Shown here one piece after another: positions 11,034 to 23,923 of a stretch of 64,000 nt of DNA (position 1 is its first letter; every line of letters begins with the position of its first letter). The stretch comes from Malacoraja senta (Eukaryota), in NCBI GenBank assembly GCA_038087875.1, contig JAXLNO010000655.1:310001-374000 (forward strand). The letters are read 5' to 3'. The position numbers and the translations under genes are program-made. The notes below the pieces were generated by a model. The model was not told the origin of the DNA. It searched no databases and worked only from the letters and a program-made list of their open reading frames with translations.

Positions 11034-13074
11034 CTGGGAAGAGCAGGGAACAAGTCAGTGCATGGCAGACAAGGAGATATACGCAGGTCGTGTAAATAAG
11101 GAAAGGACTAGAGATGCCGGTTTAAACCGGAGGAAACAATCCAAGTCTGTCCACCCTCTCCCAGTAGCTAACACCTCTAATCCAGGCATCATTCTGGCAA
11201 ATAAACTCAATAGGCTGGATGGAGTAACTCGGCGGGTCAGGCAGCGTCTCTGGAGGCAAGGAATAGGTGGCGTTTCGGGTCGAGATCCTTCTTCAGTCCC
11301 TTAAATGTTAGTCGATTAGTAGGTATTATGTAGGTAGTTTAAATGAGCAAGATGTTAGTTGTTTAATAGTTTAAAACAAGCGGCATGGTGGCGCAGCGGG
11401 TAGAACTGCTGCCTCACAGCGCCAGAGACCCGGGTTCCATCCCAACCTCGGGTGCTGTCTGTGTGGGGTTTGGGTTTAATTTGAGTTCAGTTTATTGTCA
11501 CGTGTAACCGAGGTGCAGTGAAAAGCTTTTGTCGCGTGGTAACCAGTCAGCGGAATGACAATACATGATTACAATCGATACAATTTGCGCGTTCTCCACG
11601 TGACCGCCTGGGTTCCCTCCAATTTCCTCCCACATCCTCAAAGCCCTGCAGCTTTGCCGGTTCGTTGGCCCCCCTGTATAGTCAGTCCATGTGAAAGTGG
11701 GATAACATAGAACTGGTGTGAAAGGGTGAATGATGGTCAGCATGGGACTCGGTGGGCCGAAGGGCCTGTTCCCATCTTGTTTCTTTCAATCAATTGACAA
11801 GTGACCTAAGCCGCTTTGCAAGATAAAAACAAGATTACTCCACCAACTTGCAAGATTTAAAAAAAGGGGCGGGCCGACTGCGATGACGTCATTTTGGATC
11901 TGCGGGGCTGTGGCAGCGGCCGTCCTGATCGCGGCGCTGTAGCGGTGGCTGTGGCGGCGGCCGTGCCGCACACGTGCCTCACTGGCGGAGGCTGTGGCGG
12001 TGCAAGTTTGACGCACAGCGCTCGTGCCACACTGGCGGCGGCTGTGGAGGCGGCCGTGCCGCGCTCGTGCCTCACTGGCGGAGGCTGTGCGGTAGGGACA
12101 TATTTTTGAACAGTGTTGGTTTTATTTTAGCACCGTGCGGTGTTGGGAACAACGCCGCACGGCCCCGGAATTGTGCGTTTAACCGAGTGCGCGGTCTATG
12201 GCGGCCCAGGAGCGGTAGATTCTTCCCGTTTCGCCGCCAATGACTGCAGACTCGTGAGACAGGCATTTTACTTGCTGCAGCATAACGGGCCCATAAACAC
12301 AAAAACACAAAGATACATTTCGCAGGATTAAAAATACAATAAGTTAAAAAACAGGCAGGTGGGACAAATTTAGATGGGGGCATGTTGTTCGGTTTGGGCA
12401 AGTTGGGCCGAAGGGCCTATTTCCCTGCTGTATGTCTCTGTGACTCTGAAGATAGACACAAAGAGCTGGAGTAGTTCAGCGGGCCAGACAGCATTTCTGG
12501 AGAAAAGGACTAGGTGGCGTTTCGGGTTGAGACCCTTCTTCAGACTCTTATGCCTCTATGACTTGTTATGCTGGGTCAAGCAGTCCACATAATTGGCACC
12601 CCATCTACCTTACTTTACCAAACAACTTTCTTCCTGAATAAGCTTGCAAGAACTTCCGCCTGAATTTATCTTTGTACTCTCTTCATTTAATTGCGATGCT
12701 TCGGGAAGTAAAGTGCTTTACTTTTAGCTCTAAATGAGCGGCAAGAGATTGGATTTCTTTAATCTAATTCCTGCTGTGATTTAAATTCCAGCAGAAGTCT
12801 CTCGTTTATTCAGTTCCCTTGAAAGTGGAGAAACATACTACTGACTCTATTGTCACAAGAATAAAGCAATTTGAAAAGTTGACTTTGGTTTCGAGATGTA
12901 GCATGGAAACAGGCTCTTCACAACTTCAGGCCATCAATCACCCAGTTCACACAAGTTCTACGTTATCACACCACCGTATCCACAATCATCCTACACACTG
13001 GGGCACTTTTGCAGAGGACAATTAACCTGCATGTCTTTAAGAACCGAACCATCCGGAGGAAACCCACACGGAGA

Positions 13075-14051
13075 ACAATAGACAATAGACAATAGGTGCA
13101 GGAGTAGGGCATTCGGCCCTTCGAGCCAGCACCGCCATTCAATGTGATCATGGCTGATCATCCACAATCAGTACCCCGTTCCTGCCTTCTCCCCATATCA
13201 CCTGACTCTGCTATTTTTAAGAGCCCTATCTAGCTCTCTCTTGAAAGCATCCAGAGAACCTGCCTCCACCGCCCTCTGAGGCAGAGAATTCCACAGACTC
13301 ACCACTCTCCGTGAGAAAAAGTGTTTCCTCGTCTCCGTTCTAAATGGCTTACTCCTTGTTCTTAAACTGTGGCCCCTGGTTCTGGACTCCCCCAACATCG
13401 GGAACATGTTTCCTGCCTCTAGCGTGTCCAAACCCTTAACAATCTTATATGTTTCAATGAGATGCCCTCTCATCCTTCTAAACTTCAGAGTGTACAAGCC
13501 CAGCTGCTCCATTCTGTCAGCATATGACAGTCCCGCCATCCCGGGAATTAACTTTGTAAACCTACGCTGCACTCCCTCAATAGCAAGAATGTCCTTCCTC
13601 AAATTAGGGGACCAAAACTGCACACAATACTCCAGGTGTGGTCTCACTAGGGCTCTGTACAACTGCAGAAGGATCTCTTTGCTCCTATACTCGATTCCTC
13701 TTGTTATAAAGGCCAACATGCCATTCGCTTTCATCACTCCCGTTGTACTTCCCCTTTTCCCAAATTGATGCCATTTAGATAGTAATCTGCCTTCCTGTTT
13801 TTGTTACCAAAGTGGATAACCTCACATTTATCCACATTAACTTCATCTGCCATGCATCTGCCCACTCCCCCAACCTGTCCAAGTCACCCTGCATTCTCAT
13901 AGCATCCTCCTCACAGTTCACACTGCCACCCAGCTTTGTGTCATCTGCAAATTTGCTAATGTTACTTTGAATCCCTTCATCCAAATCATTGATGTATATT
14001 GTAAATAGCTGCGGTCCCAGCACCGAGCCTTGTGGTACCCCACTAGTCACT
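13075..14051 (-). mobile_element. CR1 LINE, 5'-truncated, different subfamily with internal deletion
   Basis: ORFs 13198-13737 and 13775-14197 carry [14 protein letters not shown] and [13 protein letters not shown]; (CTATTGT)n tail. Confidence 0.92.
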
Positions 14052-14650
14052 ACGTGAAAACTCCAGACAGACAGCATCCGAGGACATCTGTTCGATAAAC
14101 TTTTTGTAACTTGGTCGGTGCCCAGAAGCGGGGTGCCTCTTGTGCACTGCCTAGGTGAGGTCTGCTGTATGATTTTACCAGGTTGTAAGTAAAACAAAGC
14201 ATTTCACTGTTCCTAGGTGCTGTATGTGTGACTGATTCATTGAATCATCGTTGAATCATTGATCAAACCCGGGCCTCTCAGGATTGAACACAGGTCTCTC
14301 AACAGGTGTTGCATCTACGCTGTGTTATCGGATGCAACAGTGTAGATAACATTCACCAGAAGAGGTCCACATTCAAAACGTTGCTCCATTGTCAGTACAT
14401 ATGACAACTAAACACTCATGACTCTCAAAACTGAGAGTTTTCATTAGTTTAGTGGTAGTTAGAGTGGGTAGAGCTGCTGCCTCTCATCTCTATCCTTCCA
14501 ACCAAACCCTTGTTCCCCAGATTGGAAAGAAAGGCAAAGCCCTTTAAATCATGTACTTGCATTCACCCTCAACAAAGTTCATCTTTCATTCGGCCTCCAT
14601 CTTAGAAAGGCCATGAGCGCTCTCTGCGTCTATTGATTGTGAGGCCTTAC

Positions 14651-14833
14651 CGTCGTCAAGGCAACCTGGTCCCATGCAGGGCTCAAAGTCTTGCGTGTGT
14701 GGGCAGGGCACGCTGAGATCCAGCTGTGCTTTGAGCATCCTCTGCCTCATCCGCTTCCCCTTCTCACAGGTGGACGAGCTGCAAGCTGACCATTGTGACC
14801 AGTTGGAGTAGATACAGGTTTCTGGGGTGTCAT
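14651..14833 (-). CDS. spon1: F-spondin coding exon, TSR1 (exon 11 equivalent), 183 nt
   Basis: (D)DTPETCIYSNWSQWSACSSSTCEKGKRMRQRMLKAQLDLSVPCPHTQDFEPCMGPGCLDD, read by hand because it is absent from the ORF track. Acceptor ..ctgcag, donor GTAAGG, phase 1-1. Confidence 0.95.
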
Positions 14834-15739
14834 CTGCAGCCAGAGGGTGAAAGAGAGACTGTTACTCGCGTACAGGCACAGGAAACTGCACGTGGCTGGA
14901 ATCTGGTGCAAAAATAAAACAAAGTGCTGGAGAAACTCAGCGGATCAGGCAGCATCTGTGGAGGGAATGGACAAATGTTCAGGTCAGGACTCTTCTTCAG
15001 ACCCAACCTAAAATGTTGGCTGTCTAGTCTCTCCACAGATGCTGCCTGGTCCACTGAGGTCCTCCGACACTTTGATTTTTGCTATTACTCACCTACATTG
15101 GCTAATGCCACATATTGTCAATCATCGATCACATTCAAAGTTATAAATGTTCCCTTTTCCCTTAAGCTCAGTCGGTTGGAACCTTATTCACACCATGTTT
15201 TAAATGGGTACCTCAGATTTCCCCAAAATCCCCATCAACATCCCCTTCAGTTGACAGAAGTTAAAAATGACTCTCAATGATCAAGTGGGGACTTCTTTTG
15301 ACTTTAGAACACAGAGTTGCGAAGCACAGGATCAGATCCTTCAGGCCGAACATGATCCCAAGTTAAATCATTCCCTTCTGCCTGCACATGGTCTATGGTC
15401 CTCCATCCCAGCATATTCGTGTGTCTACCTAAACACCTCTTAAACGCCACAGTCATATCTGCTTCCACTTCCACCAGTAGTTTGTGGTAGTTCTAGGTCG
15501 CCACATCCCTTGTGCAAAATAATTGTCCTAAACATCTTCTTTAATCTTTACCCAACTCTCCTTAATGCTGAAGAAGGGTTTCGGCCCGAAAATTTGCCTA
15601 TTTCCTTCGCTCCATAGATGCTGCTGCACCCGCTGAGTTTCTCCAGCATTTTTGTGTACCTTCTCCTTAAGTCTATGCCCTCTAGTCTTTAATATTTCCA
15701 CCCTGGGAAAAAAGATTCCGAGTGTCTAACCTATCTACG

Positions 15740-16095
15740 CCTCTCTTGCAATCGGGAGATCAGGTAGGCCTTGGCGGACCGAGCACAAGTGTTCTGTGAA
15801 ACGGTCGCCGAGTCTACGCTTGGTCTCGCCGATGTACAGGAGGCCACATGAGGAACACCAAATGCGGCAGATGAGGTTAGAGGAGGTACACGTGAACCTC
15901 TGTCTCACCTGGAAGGACTGCCGGGGCTCCGGTATGGAGACGAGGGAGGAGGTGTGGGGACAGGTGTTACATCTTCTGTGGTCGCAGGGGGAAGCACTTG
16001 AGGAGGGGGTAGTTTGGGTGTGAAGAGATGAGGGAACCAAGGTGTGGCAGAGGGATTGGTCATTGTAAAAGGTAGAAGAAGGTGTGGATGGGAAG
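15740..16095 (-). mobile_element. Penelope-like GIY-YIG fragment
   Basis: CDHRRCNTC..FTCTSSNL..CGLLYIGETKRRLGDRFTEH in ORF 15735-16166. Further Penelope fragments at about 17060-17420. Confidence 0.85.
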
Positions 16096-16096
16096 A

Positions 16097-17049
16097 TAGA
16101 AACAGAGAAACATAGAAAAATAGGTGCAGGAGTAGGCCATTCGGCCCTTCGAGCCAGCACCGCCATTCAATATGATCATGGCTGATCATCCACAATCAGT
16201 ACCCCATTCCTGCTTTTTCCCCATATCTCTTGATTCCTTTAGCCCTAAGAGCTAAATCTAACTCTCTCTTAAAAATACCCAGTGAATTGGCCTCCACTGC
16301 CTTCTGTGGCAGAGATTTCCACAGATTCACAATTCCCTGGGTGAAGACGTTTTTCCTCATCTCAGTCCTACGGTTGCACCCCCTAGACTGTGGAACAGCA
16401 TCCCCTTTCCCATCAGAACTGGCCCCTCCATCGACTCTTTTAAGTCAAGACTAAAGACTTATCTCTACTCCCAAGCCTTTCCTGACGTCCTCTGAGTGAG
16501 GGCTACATGTATATATGTATGTAGGTACACAAAAAGGCTGGAGAAACTCAGCGGGTGCAGCAGCATCTATGGAGCGAAGGAAAAGGTAACGTTTCGGGCC
16601 GAAACCCTTCTTCAGTAGTTTGTTTTGTTTGTGCTATTCTTATAACAAATGTAAAGCACTTTGGCCAACGAGAGTTGTTTTTTAAATGTGCTATATAAAT
16701 AAATGTGACTTGACTTGACTTGACTTGACTACATGGCCTACCCCTTATTCTTAAACCGTGACCCCTAGTTCTGACTCCCCCAATATCGGGAACATTTTAC
16801 CTGCATCTATCCTGTCCAATCCTTTAAGAATTTTATGTTTCTTTTAGATCCCCTCTCATCCTTCCAAATTCCAGTGAATACAAGCCCAGTCGACACATTC
16901 TTTCATCATATCAGTCCAGCCATCCCGGGAATTAACCTGGTGAACCTACGCTGCACTCCCTCAATAGCAATAATGTCCTTCCTCAAATTAGGAGCCCAAA
17001 ATTGCACACAATACTCAAGGTGCAGTCTCACCAGGGCCCTGTACAACTG
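16097..17049 (-). mobile_element. CR1 LINE 3' portion interrupted by an L2-like insertion
   Basis: CR1 3' UTR with (CTATGTTT)n tail at about 16097-16370; CR1 sequence resumes at about 16731 (ctcagtccta|..|acatggcctacccc). Confidence 0.8.
16371..16730 (+). mobile_element. L2-like LINE 3' end with (TGACT)n tail
   Basis: TGTAAAGCACTTTG..GTGCTATATAAATAAA followed by (TGACT)n, typical of L2-clade 3' ends; itself interrupted by a Penelope fragment at about 16524-16615. Confidence 0.7.
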
Positions 17050-20000
17050 ATTAGATGTGATTAGAGGTAGGTTCACGTTGGAGGTGACGGAAATGTCAGG
17101 GAATGATGTGTTGGATGTGGATGCTGGTGGAATGAAAGGTGAGGATCAAAGGATCAGGGGAACTATCCTTGTTCCATCTGGGGGGAGGTGGAGTGAGAAC
17201 AGAACTACAGGACACAGAAGAGACATGGGTGAGGGATCCATCAATGGCATTAGGGGATATCCTCCACCGCATTTGTTCTTAAGATGGATTCTATTCCCAA
17301 CTCTCAATTTCACCATCTTCGCTGCATCTGCTTCCATTCTAGGTCATCCGAGATGTCCATGTTCTTTGGTAACCTTGGTTTCCCCCTGTTGTCATAGATG
17401 GATCCCTCACCCGTGTCTTGACTGAAATTTGGAAATGTGCAAACTCCACACAGACAGCACCCGAGGTCAGGATCGAACTCATGTCTCTGGCAGTGGCTCA
17501 ACCAGCTGCTCCACTATGCTGCCTTAAACAGAGACCTCCTTGCCCTTTTCATGGAGGTTAAATACCTCATAACACTTTGCCTGAAGAACCACAGTAGTGG
17601 TGACCTCGTGCCCCGGCCACTACTTTCCCTTCGGTCCACATGATCAAAATCAAATTATCTGTTCATGGTCACAATGGTGGTTGTGGGATCTGGCTGTGCG
17701 GCTTTAGCAGGCTTACCACAGGGTTAGCACGGTGGAACAGGGGCGGAGTTGCTGCCTCACCACGCCAGAGACCCAGGTTCAATCCTGACTACAGGTGCTG
17801 TCTGCACAGAGGTTGCACGCTCTACCTGTGACCACGTGGACTTTCTCCGGGTGCTTCGGTTTCCTCCCACACTCCAAAGATGTGCAGGTTGGTAGGTTAA
17901 ATGGGTTTGTAAATTGCCCCTAGTGTGTAGGATAGAACAAGGGTTTGGGTGATCGTTGCTCGGCGCGATGGGCCGAAGAGCCTGTTTGCACGCTGTTTCT
18001 CTCAACTAAACTAATCAGAACTGTTGCACCATTGCAAAAGGACAGTGGCTGTAAATACTTTGAAAGGCTCTCATGCAACATAAATCCCTTCTTCTTTCAA
18101 ATATTTATCAACTTCCTTTTAACCTGAGATTTATTCTTCTGGTTGCTTCTCAGAATATATTCTCTGATCCTATCTCCCCAATGCTTTGAATTTACAGCTT
18201 ATTCAATATTTTATATTCCTCACGGAATTTATCAACTTTCTACTTTCTAAACTGCAGAACGTGAATCCCTCTACATTTCCTCACAGCTCAATTCCTTTGA
18301 AATTGGGATAAGCCTGGTTAATCTCCACAGCGCAATGAAAGTGTGTGGAATGGGGATAGACCTCATGCTGAAAGATTGAACTGCCTAGGAACTATTTTCT
18401 CCAGAATGCCAAGTCAGAGATCAGTGGTTCTCAACAACCCTCACCAACTTCTACAGATGCACCGGAAAAAAGCATTTTATCGGGATGCAACACAGCTTGG
18501 TTTGGGAACAGCTCCATCCTAGACCGCAGGAAATTGCAGTGAATTGTGGACGCAGCTCAGACCATCACACAAACCAACCTCCCCTTCCATTAACTCCATT
18601 TATACCTCACGCTGCCTCAGCATTCTCCCCTCTCCCATCTTCCCTCTCCCATGAGGCAAAAGATATAGAAGTGTGAAAACGCACACTTCCAGATTCAGAG
18701 ACAGTTTCTTCCCAGCTGTTAACTGGAAACTGAATCATAAGCAGGGAGCAGTCCTGAACTACTGTCTGCCTCATTGGTGACCATCGGACTATTGATCGGA
18801 CTTTGCTGGCTTTACCATGCACTAAAGGTTATTCCCTGATCATGTATCTGTACACTGTGAATGGCTCGATTGTAATCATGTACTGTCTTTTCGCCGGCTG
18901 GTTAGCGCGCGACAGAAGCTTCTCACTGTACCTCGGTACACGTGACAATAAACTAAACTAAACTGAACTGTGGTGGAGGGGATTGCAATGTGATGGTGGT
19001 CCACAAGGTGGCGAACGATCGTTTAGATCTCATGTTTAGAGTTCAGTTTAGTTTCGAGATGGACACAGACCCTTTTCTATGAGACTGGGAACTGAATCAC
19101 GTGGAGGAGGTATTTCTGCCACAGAGACCCACGATCGGTGAGGCACTGCTCAGGAGCTCGGGCGGTGAAACCTGGTGAATGACTTACTGTTCAAACCTAC
19201 GTGCCACAAAGCAAAGGGAGGCCATTTGACCCACCACATCCGTCCGTGCCAGCTTTTGAAAGAATTGCCCAGTTGGTCCCCTTCTCCCTGCATAACCTGC
19301 ACAGGCTGAATATCTTTCTTTTGATCCCATGGAAAGTTCCTGCTGAATCTACGTTCTCCATGGGCAGCACTGGCTAAATCACAGTTACTGACTGAAGGAC
19401 CAACTGAATTCACACCTCATAGCTTCTTGCAACAAGTCCTTACGCAAAGACATTTGGACAGATATGTGGATAGGGGATAGGCTTGAGTTATAGGGAGAGG
19501 TTGGGTTGACTGTGACTCCTTTCTTTGGAGCGTAGGTGGCTGAGGGGTGACTTTCTTCAGGTATACATGAGGAGGATGAGGGGTGATCTTATAGAGGCGT
19601 ACAAAATCATGAGGGGAATAGATCGGGTAGATGCACGGATTGTCTTGCCCAGAGTAGGGGAATCGAGAAGCAGAGGCTTTAGGGTGAGGGGGGAAAGATT
19701 TAATAGGAACCCGAGGCGTAACCTTTTTTACAGAAACGGTGGTGGGTGTATGGAAGGAGCTGCCGGATGAGGTAGTTGAGGCAGGTAATATCGCAACGTT
19801 TAAGACAGCTACGTGGATAGGACAGGTTTAGAGGGATATGGGCCAAATGCAGGCAGGTGGGACTAGTGTAGATGGGACATGTTGGTCGGTGTGGGCAAGT
19901 TGGGCTGAAGGTCCTGTTTCTATGCCTCTATGAAAATATATATTTAAACAAAAATATTTGGACAGATATGTTGATAAGAAGGGTTTAGATAGATATGGGC

Positions 20001-20369
20001 AAAATGCAGATGAATGGGACTAGCCCAGTGTGAGAAACTTGGTTGGCATGGGCAAGTTGGGCCAAAGGGCCTGTTTCCATGCTGTACAGCTCTAAGACAA
20101 AGATTCAAAGCCCCACGTTCTATGCTCACAATTACCAAAACAACAAAATGAAGGGAAAGTGAATCAATTCACCCGTGACACTAGTCCAAAGTAAACTACT
20201 TTTCAATAGAATGGAAGGTAGACAGAAATGTTGGAATAACTCAGTGGGTGAGGCAGCATCTATGAAGCGAAGGAATAGGTGACGTTTCGGGTCGAGACCC
20301 TTCTTCCTCAATAGAATGGCATAGTTTTGCTCTGTAATGACCAGGATTCATTAAATGGACGGCAATTAC

Positions 20370-20445
20370 CTTCATCCTTGTCCTCTTGTTTGAGATCGGA
20401 AACAATGTCGTCCACGTTATCAGGCTGAATGTTACACTGCTCCCC
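20370..20445 (-). CDS. spon1: F-spondin coding exon (exon 10 equivalent, acidic linker), 76 nt
   Basis: GEQCNIQPDNVDDIVSDLKQEDKDE+G. Acceptor ..cacag, donor GTAATT, phase 0-1. Confidence 0.95.
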
Positions 20446-21290
20446 CTGTGGAGAGATTGCTAAGAACTTCACAAGAAAGGCTAAGGTCAATACAAGCTGG
20501 AAATACATCACATGCAGACGAAAAACATCCTTTTGGCAGCAAAAGCTGCTGGAAAAATTAGACTCTGGCATGTGCAATGTAAGTAGACTTTCACTGAATC
20601 ATTGAAAGAAACAGCATTGAAACAGGCCCTTCGGCCCACGGAGTCCATGCCAACTATCGATCACCTGCTCTCTCTAGTCAATGTTATCCCAATTTCTCAT
20701 TCACTCCCTACGCACTGGGTGCAATTTGCAGAGACCACTTAACATACAAACCTGCACGTTTTGGGAATGTGGGAGGAACCCACGTGGTCACAGGGAGAAC
20801 ATGCAAACTCCACCCAGAGGGCATGCAAGGTCAGGATAGAACCCGGGTCTCTGGCGCTGTGAGACAGCAGCTCTACCACTTTTCCAAATAAGTAAATGTT
20901 GCAGTAATTGAGGTGCAACAACACACCATTCTGAGTAATATGTTCCCGATACCATGAGTAATACTAACAATTTACAGTGGCAGAGCTCCAGTGATCCGGG
21001 TTGGAGTCTGACCTCTGGTGCAGTCTTTGAGATGCTTGCATGTTCCGCCAATTTTTCGCTGGGCACAACAGTTTCCCATCACATCCCAAATGGTTGGTTA
21101 TAAGACCATTGCAAATCACTCCATTCTAGGTGAGTGGTAGAATCTGGAGAGATTAGATTGGAGTGTGAAGTGATTAAAGTAGGCTTGGTTTTGGTTTTGT
21201 GTTTTCATTTTTTTAGTCTTAGAGATACAGCACAGAAACAGGTCCTTCGGCCCACTGAGTCTGCGCCGACCAGCGATTCCCACACACTTA

Positions 21291-21606
21291 TAGCCCTGTC
21301 CCACGGTACAAGTTCATTCCAAGAGCTCTCCTGAGTTTGCCCTGATTCGAACTCGGAGATTTACGGTAATGGCCGCTCGTCGGAACTCGGGGCTCTCGTG
21401 GAAATTTTTCAACATGTTGAAAAATCTTCACGAGTCTTCCCGAGCTTACCTGCCGTTAGCGAGTCTTCCCGAGTACCTGCCGTTAGCGTTACGAGCCACT
21501 AAGAAACGTCCCCGAGCTACATTCATTCTCCGTGCTTCCCCCGAGTTTGATTTTTTTTAAACTCGGGAGAGCTCTTGGAATGAACTCGTACCGTGGGACA
21601 GGGCTA
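21291..21606. mobile_element. PIF/Harbinger-type MITE inserted in an HE1 SINE
   Basis: 48-bp TIRs TAGCCCTGTCCCACGGTAC.. with 2 mismatches; TTA TSD (21288-21290, 21607-21609). Confidence 0.9.
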
Positions 21607-22564
21607 TTACTCTATCCTACACACACTGGGAGTTAATTTACAATTATACCAAGACAATTAACCTACAACCCTGTACGTCTTTGGAGTGTGGGAGGACTCC
21701 GTAGCACCCGGGGAAAACCCACGTGGTCACGGGGAGAACGTGCAAACTCCGTACAGACAGCACCCGTAATCAGGATCGAACCCGGGTCTCTGGCCCTGTA
21801 AGGCAGCTACTCTCCCGCTGCGCCTCCATGCCGCCCCCGCTTGGTGTCGGAACAGACTCAGTGTGATGAAGGACCTGTTATCAGTGGGTAGGTGTGGAGA
21901 AAGTCAGCAGCTTCAAATTCCTGGATGTCAACAACGGCGGCGCAGCGGTAGAGTTGCTGCCTCACAGCGCCAGAGACGCCGGTTCGATCCCGACTACGGG
22001 CGCTCACTTGTCCGCACGGAGTTTGTGCGTTCTCCCCGTGACGTGCGTGGGTTTTCTCCGGGATCTCCAGTTTCTCCGTACACTCCAAAGACGGACTGCT
22101 GTAGAAAACTGAAACTAAAGCCCGGCCAACTCTACCGCTGCGCCACCCTGCCGCCCATTTTAGAGAAATTAGAAGATTTTAGAAAATGTTATGTGTAAAT
22201 GATGTATACCTTTTTTTCCCCACGATGTTTAAGAAGGAACTGCAGATGCTGGAAAAATCGAAGGAAGACAAAAATTCTGGAGAAACTCAGCGGGCGAGGC
22301 AGCATCTATGGAGCGAAGGAATAGGTGACGTTTCGGGTCGAGAATCGACCCGAAACGTCACCTATTCCTTCGCTCCATAGATGCTGCCTCACCCCGGCTG
22401 AGTTTCTCCAGCATTTTTGTCTACTTTCTATACATTTTTTTCCGTGTGTTGTCCGGGTCCATACACCTGCGATGCATCTGCGAGCAAGATTTGCACTGTA
22501 CCTGTACTTCACTGCACTTGTGTACATGACTATAAACTTGACTGACTTTACATTTCCACGTTAC

Positions 22565-22705
22565 CTTTCTTGCAATTCGTTCAATCACAACTCGAGCCAC
22601 AGGTATGATTGGGCCACCCTCAGGATCGTAGAAGGGACTCTTCAGATGATCCAAACTGGTTAGCGGCCGTATCCTTTCTTGAGGTTCTGCCTCCTGGTTG
22701 GGTGA
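22565..22705 (-). CDS. spon1: F-spondin coding exon (exon 9 equivalent), 141 nt
   Basis: SPNQEAEPQERIRPLTSLDHLKSPFYDPEGGPIIPVARVVIERIARK. Acceptor ..ctcag, donor GTAACG, phase 0-0, in frame with neighbouring exons. Confidence 0.95.
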
Positions 22706-22862
22706 CTGAGGACAAAGGAAATATCAGTTCACAGCACGAGACAAAAGCGTGTGGTAATAATGGAGGCAAAAGTAAAAATCTCTCAACAACTCTTGGCATT
22801 CTCCACATCAGGTGAGACTCACGAGACACCTCTCTCCCACAAAAAAATGAAGGCTGCGAGTT

Positions 22863-23923
22863 TACATAGATACATAGAAAATAGGTGCAGGAGTAGGCCA
22901 TTCGGCCCTTCGAGCCTGCACCGCCATTCAATATGATCATGGCTGATCATCCAACTCAGTATCCCGTACCTGCCTTCTCTCCATACCCCCTGATCCCTTT
23001 AGCCACAAGGGCCACATCTAACTCCCTCTTAAATATAGCCAATGAACTGGCGTCAACTACCCTCTGTGGCAGAGAGTTCCAGAGATTCACCACTCTCTGT
23101 GTGAAAAAGTTTTTCCTCATCTCGGTCTTAAAGGATTTCCCCCTTATCCTTAAGCTGTGACCCCTTGTCCTGGACTTCCCCAACATCGGGAACAATCTTC
23201 CTGCATCTAGCCTGTCCAACCCCATAAGAATTTTGTACGTTTCTATAAGATCCCCTCTCAATCTCCTAAATTCTAGCGAGTATAAGCCAAGTCTATCCAG
23301 TCTTTCTTCATATGAAAGTCCTGACATCCCAGGAATCAGTCTGGTGAACCTTCTCTGCACTCCCTCTATGGCTATAATGTCCTTCCTCAGATTTGGAGAC
23401 CAAAACTGTACGCAATACTCCAGGTGTGGTCTCACCAAGACCCTGTACAACTGCAGTAGAACCTCCCTGCTCCTATACTCAAATCCTCTTGCTATGAAGG
23501 CCAACATACCATTCGCTTTCTTCACTGCCTGCTGCACCTGCATGCCTACTTTCAATGACTGGTGTACCATGACACCCAGGTCTCGCTGCACCTCCCCATT
23601 TCCTAATCGGCCACCATTTAGATAATAGTCTGCCTTCCCGTTTTTGCCACCAAAGTGGATAACCTCACATTTATCCACATTATACTGCATCTGCCAAACA
23701 TTTGCCCACTCCCCCAGCCTATCCAAGTCACCTTGCAGTCTCCTAGCATCCTCCTCACAGCTAACACTGCCCCCCAGCTTAGTGTCATCCGCAAACTTGG
23801 AGATGTTGCTTTCAATTCCCTCGTCCAGATCATTAATATAAATTGTAAATAGCTGGGGTCCCAGCACTGAGCCTTGCGGTACCCCACTAGTCACTGCCTG
23901 CCATTGTGAAAAGGACCCGTTTA
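22863..23923 (-). mobile_element. CR1-clade LINE (HER1-like), 5'-truncated, young; RT C-terminal half plus 3' UTR
   Basis: ORF 22956-23894 with [10 protein letters not shown] and FADD RT motifs; 3' UTR hairpin GGCC-GAAT-GGCC; (CTATGTAT)n tail. Confidence 0.95.

Noticed and set aside
4994..11304. Plus-strand ORFs overlapping spon1 exons (e.g. 4994-5332, 5884-6318, 8410-8733, 10753-11304)
   Set aside because: Antisense shadows of GC-rich exons running into repeats; no recognisable protein.
19401..19423. CAACTGAATTCAC shared with about 42994
   Set aside because: A 13-bp match 23 kb apart is expected by chance in a window of this size.
22956..23894. 312-aa reverse transcriptase ORF (and its twin at 48951-49889) as a host gene or retron-like system
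   Set aside because: 5'-truncated CR1 ORF2 with a LINE 3' UTR and tandem tail; it starts mid-domain at a non-ATG codon.
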